From a virus: a stretch of 64,000 nt of DNA. Under the pieces are notes generated by a model that was not told the origin of the DNA, ran no database searches, and saw nothing but the letters and a program-made list of their open reading frames with translations. Where the stretch lies: positions 8,864 through 72,863 of IMG/VR virus record IMGVR_UViG_3300043410_001789, one strand, 5' to 3'. Of this stretch, positions 1-9,953 are shown in pieces. Position numbers and translations under genes: made by a program. The first letter of the stretch is position 1; the number at the start of each line of letters is the position of its first letter.

Positions 1-186
1 AAGTTCTGGTGGTGGGTATAAATACTCTACATATTTATTAATTGGCTTAATTATTGAGTCCCCAAATTTTTCTTTATTAATTTGATCAAATAGTACCCAT
101 CTGGCTGGAACCAAAGATTCTTCACATATCTTTATAAAGTCTGGATCTTTAGTTTTACTCCAGATATCACGATCAACTTCTTGCAT
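1..186 (-). CDS. hypothetical protein, partial (runs off the left edge)
   Basis: Manual translation from ATG at 186 gives MQEVDRDIWSKTKDPDFIKICEESLVPARWVLFDQ..., open to the window edge; purine-rich GGAAAGA upstream. Confidence 0.55.
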   Translation of the reverse strand, partial: MQEVDRDIWSKTKDPDFIKICEESLVPARWVLFDQINKEKFGDSIIKPINKYVEYLYPPPEL

Positions 187-199
187 AAAATTCTTTCCG

Positions 200-271
200 A
201 GCCTTCTGTCAGGATTGAACTGACGACCTACGCATTACAAGTGCGTTGCTCTACCACTGAGCTAAGAAGGC
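200..271 (-). tRNA. tRNA-Thr(UGU)
   Basis: Minus strand GCCTTCTTAGCTCAGTGGTAGAGC...CTTGTAA...GTTCAATC...AGAAGGCT folds as a cloverleaf; no encoded CCA. Confidence 0.95.
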
Positions 272-441
272 ATTTGCCAATCGTGCATCGCTGTTTCTAC
301 AGAATTCCTGCCATTGGCTGTTATACCTAGTGGGTTAGCAGAACAATCTCCATCGGGCTGAACCCCTTCGTATGATGCGTCCACATTGTAGATTTCGGTA
401 TAACAATCTCCACATAAGTTGTTCAGACTTATGCTTCTGAG
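272..441 (-). ncRNA. candidate structured RNA in the tRNA-Asp/tRNA-Thr spacer
   Basis: Complementary pairs 276-281/313-318, 319-327/397-405 and 413-419/427-433; crossing pair 285-289/374-378; no good ORF. Confidence 0.4.
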
Positions 442-515
442 CGATCTGTATGGGACTTGAACCCACGACCCCCACCGTGACAGGGTGGTGCTCTAACCAA
501 CTGAGCTAACAGACC
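442..515 (-). tRNA. tRNA-Asp(GUC)
   Basis: Minus strand GGTCTGTTAGCTCAGTTGGTTAGAGC...CTGTCAC...GTTCAAGTC...ACAGATCG. Confidence 0.95.
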
Positions 516-519
516 AAAT

Positions 520-705
520 GTGAGAAGGTGGATTGTCTATTACCACCAAGGAGAAGTCTAGATACCATTAGAGTACCGCCTTAGTCCTACCACAGTCTTG
601 CTCCGCTAAGAGCAGGGACGCTAATCCCAACTGTGTGCCTTTCTCGTTCCATCTAGACAAGGAACTTCGTTCAGCCATTCTCCAGATCCCTCGTCAGGAA
701 TCTGT
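520..705 (-). ncRNA. candidate multi-helix, pseudoknotted RNA in the tRNA-Gly/tRNA-Asp spacer
   Basis: Helices 527-531/543-547, 550-555/678-683, 556-563/651-658, 591-596/630-635 and 646-650/661-665; two adjacent hairpins with identical 6-nt loops. Confidence 0.55.
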
Positions 706-708
706 TTG

Positions 709-779
709 AGCGAATAGGGAGAATCGAACTCCCACCTTCTGCTTGGAAGGCAGAGGCACTACCATTATGCAACATTCGC
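709..779 (-). tRNA. tRNA-Gly(UCC)
   Basis: Minus strand GCGAATGTTGCATAATGGTAGTGC...CTTCCAA...GTTCGATTC...TATTCGCT. Confidence 0.93.
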
Positions 780-829
780 ATTTACCTGCTTTTATCCATA
801 CCCAGGAGTGGTGCAGGTGGAACCATTAG

Positions 830-901
830 CTGCCCCTGCTGGATTCGAACCAACAACCTTAGAGTTAACAGCTCTCTGCTCTGCCGTTGAGCTAAGGGGC
901 A
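830..901 (-). tRNA. tRNA-Asn(GUU)
   Basis: Minus strand TGCCCCTTAGCTCAACGGCAGAGC...CTGTTAA...GTTCGAATC...AGGGGCAG. Confidence 0.95.
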
Positions 902-1020
902 AGGTGGTAGGAAACGACAACGCCTACCTCGTCAGAGTAATTACCTCACTCAGCACCGCACGTTATTATCTAGAATAATCTGCTGCGTACTCAGGTCATG
1001 TTCTCTATTTATTTGTAAAT

Positions 1021-1815
1021 CTATTGTAGCACGTTCACAAACTTAGCGTCAAGCGTTCCAGAAACAAATTTTGCAGCAACTGCAACGTTTCCTGCTGACG
1101 TAGTATTTGGAATTAGTCCAAGAATTGGTGACTTATAAGAATATACTGATGCTGAGGCAAAGTAGTCCGTACTGGCATCTGCAGCATATGAGCTTACAAC
1201 CACACCCAGCTTATTGAGAGATCCAACACTAACTGAGTTTGTCTCCAAAATACATGCTGGATAACTAATCTTTGTTCCTTGTGTGTTGCCAGTAGCGACA
1301 AATACTGGGATTCCTAGTGACTTAAGGTTAGCAATTTGACTACGAATAGTTGCATCTGCTTTAGCAACACCACCATATGGTGCAGTATTTACGCTTGCAG
1401 GAGTACATCCAGAAGTTCCATTAAAGTAACGTGAAATGGCTACAGCACCAACTGATGAAGAATGAGAGGATACCCAATTCAATGCATCAATAAAGTTTCC
1501 TGCGTTTACATCACTTACAGACTTTGCACTTGGAAATCCAGCCCTCAATGCAATAATTGATAGTCCAGGATTTTGCTTCTTTGCAACCTCCACCATGGCA
1601 TCGCCATGATTAATATTGTCGGATAGGCTTGCTGGGATAGTCTTAACCACGTCTGTACATGGCTTATCTTCTAGAGTTACACAAGACACATTCCCACTAA
1701 TCACACGTGAATCAAAATAGGAATCGATGATTACTAGTGATTTGGTTTCTGCCTGTGCTGGAGTTACTGAAATAGATGCAATCAATGCACCCAAAATAAT
1801 TGCTGTTTTCTTCAT
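1021..1815 (-). CDS. secreted subtilisin-like (S8) serine peptidase
   Basis: Signal peptide; triad-like motifs VIIDS, NHGDAM and NTTSAG; oxyanion motif VATGN; YPAC. Confidence 0.75.
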   Translation of the reverse strand: MKKTAIILGALIASISVTPAQAETKSLVIIDSYFDSRVISGNVSCVTLEDKPCTDVVKTIPASLSDNINHGDAMVEVAKKQNPGLSIIALRAGFPSAKSVSDVNAGNFIDALNWVSSHSSSVGAVAISRYFNGTSGCTPASVNTAPYGGVAKADATIRSQIANLKSLGIPVFVATGNTQGTKISYPACILETNSVSVGSLNKLGVVVSSYAADASTDYFASASVYSYKSPILGLIPNTTSAGNVAVAAKFVSGTLDAKFVNVLQ

Positions 1816-1827
1816 ACCCTTTTTTTC

Positions 1828-2028
1828 TTATTGTAGTAGTTTTACGACTGGTGAACATGGGTCTCCGCCATCTTCCCACTCTTGTTCTTCTTCTTCGGTC
1901 ATGTACGGATCTCCGTCATGAGTATAGCAGAATGGCTCTGAAACCCATCCTTGCTCTATACCAACCTGTAGCCATTGCCACATGTCTTGTTCATCTAAAA
2001 TAACGATGTCTTTGTCATTGTTTTCCAT
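1828..2028 (-). CDS. small acidic hypothetical protein
   Basis: 66-aa ORF with its own promoter placed for leaderless initiation. Confidence 0.7.
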   Translation of the reverse strand: MENNDKDIVILDEQDMWQWLQVGIEQGWVSEPFCYTHDGDPYMTEEEEQEWEDGGDPCSPVVKLLQ

Positions 2029-2034
2029 GTATAT

Positions 2035-2063
2035 ATTTTACTCCAGTATTGAGGAAATGTCAA
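2035..2063 (-). promoter_or_regulatory. sigma70/SigA-type promoter, leaderless
   Basis: TTGACA-17 nt-TAAAAT with ATG 6 nt after the -10 box. Confidence 0.75.
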
Positions 2064-2450
2064 CTATTCTTTACTTAAAAAGTATTCGGTTAGGTCTGGA
2101 TTTTCACGAAGAACTAACAAGATAGTATCTTCATACATTGCAATAAAGTAGTGCTCCCAGGTAGCAATAATTTCATCAGACTGCGTGTTTTCCATATCTG
2201 GCTTAATACCACTAGCACCATTAGAATAACGAATGGCATGCAATAGTTCGTGAAGCAGCGTTTGACGCTTACGTGATGGTGGACAGTCTTTGTCTAAAAC
2301 AATAGTATTGCTCTTTTGTAGGGTATAACCATAGCTATCATCATTTATATAGCCATCATTGTTGCGTGATCTTTCAACAATTTCCCAATTTTGTGCCCCA
2401 ATTTTAACTCTTGATGGCAATTTTGGATATTTGATTGTTTTTGTAGTCAT
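2064..2450 (-). CDS. HExxH zinc metallopeptidase-like protein (ImmA/IrrE-like)
   Basis: RKRQTLLHELLHAI motif preceded by YGYT...IVLD. Confidence 0.65.
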   Translation of the reverse strand: MTTKTIKYPKLPSRVKIGAQNWEIVERSRNNDGYINDDSYGYTLQKSNTIVLDKDCPPSRKRQTLLHELLHAIRYSNGASGIKPDMENTQSDEIIATWEHYFIAMYEDTILLVLRENPDLTEYFLSKE

Positions 2451-2479
2451 TGAAAACCTCTCTCGGACGTTATCTTTAT

Positions 2480-2508
2480 AGTATACACTATCCGAAAGAG
2501 GTTGTCAA
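2480..2508 (-). promoter_or_regulatory. sigma70/SigA-type promoter
   Basis: TTGACA-17 nt-TATACT. Confidence 0.75.
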
Positions 2509-2514
2509 TAGCGA

Positions 2515-2895
2515 CTAAACTTCAGTATCTTCGTCAACTGGTGGGTGCTCAAAGTCTGGGTCTGGTACATAGCCTGACACAGCCTCATATGGGTGATCAA
2601 TTGGCAAGTCCAGAGGACCTTCTGCTAACTGCTTGACAGCCTCTTCTGGCTTATCAAGATGCTTTAGCTTAACAGTCTGCTGGAATGCAGCATTGATTTC
2701 ATCCTTTGTTAGCTTTCCATCTTCTAGGAATGCTAGAGACAGCAATTCGATGACCTTAGCTACTGCCAAGATACCACCCATTGTTGCTGCCAGTACTGGA
2801 GGAACGCCTCCAATAGCTCCAGCACCGATTACACCAAGTGCTGAGGCTACAAACGTTGCAATAATTCTCATTATTACGTTACCAAATAGCTTCAT
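2515..2895 (-). CDS. two-TM membrane protein
   Basis: Two hydrophobic helices, then DGKLTKDEIN and an acidic tail. Confidence 0.7.
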   Translation of the reverse strand: MKLFGNVIMRIIATFVASALGVIGAGAIGGVPPVLAATMGGILAVAKVIELLSLAFLEDGKLTKDEINAAFQQTVKLKHLDKPEEAVKQLAEGPLDLPIDHPYEAVSGYVPDPDFEHPPVDEDTEV

Positions 2896-2995
2896 ACTAT
2901 TTTCCTTTCTGTGGGGTTATTTTTTAGTCTGGTACCTCGCTGCCGAGATGTCAGGCTTTTCTTTTGTTTCTTGTAGTTCATAATAGTTCATACTA

Positions 2996-3163
2996 TTACT
3001 CACCGTCCTTTCTCAATGGGTACGTCACTGTCCATAAGGCAAGCGTACCCAAGATGCAATAGCCAACTATAGTCTTGGCAGACCCTTCAAGGACTACCCA
3101 GGCTACGAACATACCTAATAATGTCCATGCTTGGCCTAAAATATCGTTTAGGAATTTCTTCAC
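2996..3163 (-). CDS. small two-TM membrane protein (55 aa, not in the ORF track)
   Basis: GTG start overlaps the upstream TGA; MKKFLNDILGQAWTLLGMFVAWVVLEGSAKTIVGYCILGTLALWTVTYPLRKDGE. Confidence 0.7.
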   Translation of the reverse strand: MKKFLNDILGQAWTLLGMFVAWVVLEGSAKTIVGYCILGTLALWTVTYPLRKDGE

Positions 3164-5304
3164 TTTGTTTCCCTCCTTCTTGAAGATGGCTTTGATTCTG
3201 ATGTTGATGAATCTCCACTACCACCAGAAGATCCACCAGAAGATCTAGATGACGAATTAGATGAACTAGAACCAGCAGCTGAAGATGTTGTGGCTGCTGC
3301 AGCGGTAGTAGCAGTTACGGTTGCATTTACCGCTGCACCTGCAGCAATAACAGAAGCAACTACTGTTTTTTCTGCTTCATCACGAACTTGTGGGGACATG
3401 TCAGCACCAACGTTTCCCAGGGCATTAAATGTTTCTAAAACAACAGCTGCACCAGGTATGGATTCAAGTGCTGGTGGAAGAACTGGATCATCTGCTATAG
3501 CAGCAATAGCAAGAGCCTCAAGGGCTTTTTCGTATTGTGGTGAACCTTGTTCTGCTGTTTCAAATACTGCATTAGCTGCCTCTACAAGTTGTTCAATTTG
3601 TTTGTCAGACATTTGTTCTGGTGCTATGTCTGTTAAAACTGCTATAGCAGCAACGGCTTCTTCTACTCGTAGCTCAGGTTCTGATTGTACTTCTGGGGTT
3701 GGTAACGGCTCTGGAGTTGATGACGGTTGTGGCTCAGGCGTTGCTGGCTCTTGAGAAGTGCTCTGGGACGGCGAAGGCGTAGGTGTTGGCTCTCTGAATG
3801 GTGGAATGGCTTCCAATTCCTGTTGAGCGACATTAAGCTCCTGCTGTTTTGTATTTACATCATTAGATGCTGATTCAATTATACCTGCTTTTTCAGTCTG
3901 AGTCGTTATTGCAGAGTCATATGAGGATTGGGCACTTGATGTATTTTGAGCTGATACCACTAAAGATTGTTGTGCAGATGATACTGCAGCTTCTGCTGCT
4001 GCTACAACTGTAGCTAAGGCAGGATCATTAATTAATGGGGCAGAGGCATTAACATCTGGTATCATCCTAGTTCGCTCTTCTCTGCGATATCTAGTTTCTT
4101 CAGTATAGAATGTTACATCAACATATATTGTTTCATCGTGTGACGTTGTTATGGTTGAATAGGTAGTTACATCTTCATAAGTTGTTACATCTTCATAGGT
4201 GGTGACTTCTTCATAGGTGGTTACGTCATTGTAGGTAGTAACATCTTCATAGGTTGTTGTTGCAGTTACTTGTGTTCCAAGCCAGGCTGCTGGAACTACC
4301 TGGAAACTTGAACCATTAACTAATTTAGCGTTTAGTTGTACCCAAGCACCTCCACCATTTTCATAGTAGTATAATGTGAATGGATAGAGAACTCCACCCA
4401 TAATATTTACAGGCTGCGAAATAGATCCACCGCCACCCTTGTCTACCCAGTCACTAATTAGTCTCATACCAGCGACATCAAGAATTACCCCATCGTCTGC
4501 TGGTGCATAAAATTGATACTGTCCATCTGCTGGAAAGATTAAGTTACCAGTAAATTTAACAATAACGTCTTCTGAATACCAAACATTTCCCTGTTGAAGA
4601 ATATATCCACTACCCCATTGAAAATCAATATTGGAGACTGTTGTTGTAAGTACTGGAGTTTCTCCTTCATATGGCAGTGGTGGTGCTTGATTGTATCCTC
4701 TGCGATTGTACATTTGTGCCATAATACCGCCACTTGTTGTATACGTTGTATGAGCAACCTGTGTAGTTGTAGGAACGCTTGTTGTACGAGCAACAGTTGT
4801 TGTTGTTGCTACAGTATTTGTGGTAGCTACCCTAGAGGTAGAAGATATCGTAGATGTATCGTATACTGTTATTGTTCTAGCTTCTTGCGTTACATTTGGA
4901 ACCTGTACAGTATATGGAACATCAACATAATATGTTTCCTGTACCTCTGGCCTTACCCAAGATGGATCCGATATTAATAAGGTATTATAGTTGGTTTGAG
5001 CTTGCTGTAATGATGCCTGAGCTGCATCAACAGACTGTTGTGCACTTTGTTGTATTGCTATTGCAGAATCTAAATTTGTTTTAGCAGATTCAACCACTGC
5101 ATCCGCATTTGCTTTATCAGCAATTGCATTTTGATATGCAGCTTGTGCTTGTGTTAAGGCATCTTGAGCAGCAGAAACTTTAGCCTGAGCTTGTGCCACT
5201 TCTGCATCATACTCTGCTCTAGTTTGAGCGATTGCATAGTTTACAGAAAAAAGTGGGGCTATGGCTATTAATATTGCTAGGATAAGTCTTTGGGGTTTTT
5301 TAAT
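3160..5304 (-). CDS. exported PA14-domain coiled-coil surface protein (probable ATT start at 5304)
   Basis: PA14 motifs IDFQWG, ADDG and YYENGGGA; Ala/Gln coiled coils on both sides; TTYEDV repeats; the in-frame extension above 5199 encodes a signal peptide behind an AAGGAG SD. Confidence 0.75.
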   Translation of the reverse strand: MKKPQRLILAILIAIAPLFSVNYAIAQTRAEYDAEVAQAQAKVSAAQDALTQAQAAYQNAIADKANADAVVESAKTNLDSAIAIQQSAQQSVDAAQASLQQAQTNYNTLLISDPSWVRPEVQETYYVDVPYTVQVPNVTQEARTITVYDTSTISSTSRVATTNTVATTTTVARTTSVPTTTQVAHTTYTTSGGIMAQMYNRRGYNQAPPLPYEGETPVLTTTVSNIDFQWGSGYILQQGNVWYSEDVIVKFTGNLIFPADGQYQFYAPADDGVILDVAGMRLISDWVDKGGGGSISQPVNIMGGVLYPFTLYYYENGGGAWVQLNAKLVNGSSFQVVPAAWLGTQVTATTTYEDVTTYNDVTTYEEVTTYEDVTTYEDVTTYSTITTSHDETIYVDVTFYTEETRYRREERTRMIPDVNASAPLINDPALATVVAAAEAAVSSAQQSLVVSAQNTSSAQSSYDSAITTQTEKAGIIESASNDVNTKQQELNVAQQELEAIPPFREPTPTPSPSQSTSQEPATPEPQPSSTPEPLPTPEVQSEPELRVEEAVAAIAVLTDIAPEQMSDKQIEQLVEAANAVFETAEQGSPQYEKALEALAIAAIADDPVLPPALESIPGAAVVLETFNALGNVGADMSPQVRDEAEKTVVASVIAAGAAVNATVTATTAAAATTSSAAGSSSSNSSSRSSGGSSGGSGDSSTSESKPSSRRRETK
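4155..4262 (-). repeat. 18-nt tandem repeat encoding TTY(E/N)(D/E)V, about 5 copies
   Basis: TTTYEDVTTYNDVTTYEEVTTYEDVTTYEDVTTY in the translation. Confidence 0.8.
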
Positions 5305-5361
5305 TTTGGAGTCTCCTTGTCAAACCTGAGTCTAACAAAATAATTATAGCATTGTTTGGAT

Positions 5362-5390
5362 AAAAGAAAAGGGGGAGCTTTTGCTCCCCC
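5362..5390 (-). terminator. intrinsic terminator after nrdF
   Basis: GGGGGAGC/GCTCCCCC stem followed by a T-tract on the minus strand. Confidence 0.8.
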
Positions 5391-5408
5391 ATCTTTTTAT
5401 ATTATCGG

Positions 5409-8459
<3,051 letters not shown>

Positions 8460-8467
<8 letters not shown>

Positions 8468-8870
8468 TTAGTTTTTCCAACCTCTCTTTTACTTTAAGGA
8501 CATCTTCTGATGTTCCGAATATTTCTACCCTGGCTATTATGGGGACACCAGTTTTCCCAGATATTATTTCTGCTGCTTTACAGAAATGAATACCAAAATT
8601 AGTATTGCCAAGTCCAACAATCCCAACAAGCAAATTCCTGTTTTCAGGAATATTTAAAAAGTGTCGAACCTGTCTGGGGATTGCAGATTTTTCACTACCC
8701 CCACCATAAGTTGGTACAAAAAGTACATAGCGGTTGCTGACAGTAATAGGGCTATCAATATCCCAGTCAATAGGAATACGAATAGTGTTGCTGTTGTTGA
8801 CATCTAATTTCTCCACAAATCTCTTAGTATTCCCAGAATAATTTGAGAAGTATACAATATCTAGTGACAT
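8460..8870 (-). CDS. nrdI: flavodoxin-like NrdI
   Basis: [19 protein letters not shown] and GNTNFG; overlaps the nrdE start. Confidence 0.95.
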
Positions 8871-8901
8871 CTATTTTAACTCCTTTTTTAATCTGGGGAC
8901 A

Positions 8902-8930
8902 GAAAAGGGAGAGAGCCGAAACTCTCTCCC
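8902..8930 (-). terminator. intrinsic terminator
   Basis: GGGAGAGAG stem, TTCG-containing loop and T-tract on the minus strand. Confidence 0.75.
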
Positions 8931-8948
8931 CAATCAATTTTACCACAA

Positions 8949-9929
8949 TTACTTAAGTAGGGCAACCTTGCTCTTTGGGTGAGCCTTGTTCCACTTAGTA
9001 GCAAGTGCGTTGTACTTGTTCTTGTTTCCAAGAGCAGCTGCATCAGCGAGGGCTAGCTTTGCGGTAAGCTCTGCTACCTGTGCAGTAAGTGCATTCTTAT
9101 CTGCAGTTAGGGCAGTTACCTTACCGTTTGCAATTGCCAACTCTGCATCCTTCTCTGCTACAAGAGCAGCAAGGTCTACAACCTTAAGAGTTCCACGAAC
9201 GAAACCAGTAGGAGTAGCAAGACCAGTAACAGCAGTTGCTACAGTAGCAGTTGCAATTAGGTCATACGAGCCAACAGCAAGACCAGTTAGTTCCTTGGTA
9301 GCCTCACCCTTAGCGTCAGTAGTTACTGAGTAGGTGTTGGTTGCAGTTGCAGAAACTACCTGTAGTGCTACGGTTGATCCAGCAACAGGGTTACCAAATA
9401 CGTCAGTACCAGTAACGGTTACCTTAGCAGTTGTTCCAAGTGCAGCAGTCGGAGCAGCAAGTGCAATAGTGTTTAGTGCACCAGCAGCACCCTTAACATA
9501 ATATGTTGCCAGGGTGTTTGTTCCATCTGACAAAACAACCTTACCAGTCTTAGTGGTAGTTGTAAATACATTAAATGATGCAACAGTACCAGTACCAGTT
9601 GCAACAGTTGCAGTTGCGGTACCAGCAGATGGAAGAACAGTTGTTCCAACGGTTGCGGTTAGCTTTGCATCAGTTGCAGTAGCAGTTACGGTTACATTGT
9701 TTGCGAGACCAGTCAGGTCAATGCGTAGAACGTCGCCAGAGGTAACGTTATTGTCTGCAGGGACTGGAAGAGTAACTGCAGTTGCTTCAGTAGTACCAGC
9801 AACGGTAGCTGAGTCTCCACCCACGAGGGCAAATCCGACTGCAGCATTAGCTGGTGCTGCCACGAGGGCAGTTGTAGCAATTGCTACTGCAGTGGCAATA
9901 GCAATAAAAGGCTTCTTAAATGAAGTCAT
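8949..9929 (-). CDS. secreted Ig-like (Big_1-like) Ala/Thr/Val-rich surface protein with C-terminal coiled coil
   Basis: Signal peptide ending PANA; VTGTDVFGNPVAG...TTDAKGEA Ig-like motif; basic C-terminus. Confidence 0.65.
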   Translation of the reverse strand: MTSFKKPFIAIATAVAIATTALVAAPANAAVGFALVGGDSATVAGTTEATAVTLPVPADNNVTSGDVLRIDLTGLANNVTVTATATDAKLTATVGTTVLPSAGTATATVATGTGTVASFNVFTTTTKTGKVVLSDGTNTLATYYVKGAAGALNTIALAAPTAALGTTAKVTVTGTDVFGNPVAGSTVALQVVSATATNTYSVTTDAKGEATKELTGLAVGSYDLIATATVATAVTGLATPTGFVRGTLKVVDLAALVAEKDAELAIANGKVTALTADKNALTAQVAELTAKLALADAAALGNKNKYNALATKWNKAHPKSKVALLK

Positions 9930-9953
9930 ATTTTTGTTTTCCTTTTCTCTTTG

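Noticed and set aside
520-705. RNase P RNA or tmRNA
   Set aside because: Too short; lacks the GAGGAAAGUCC core and the tRNA-Ala-like ends or tag ORF
2897-2991. Tiny ORFs between the two membrane protein genes
   Set aside because: Two competing frames of 24-29 aa with no distinguishing support
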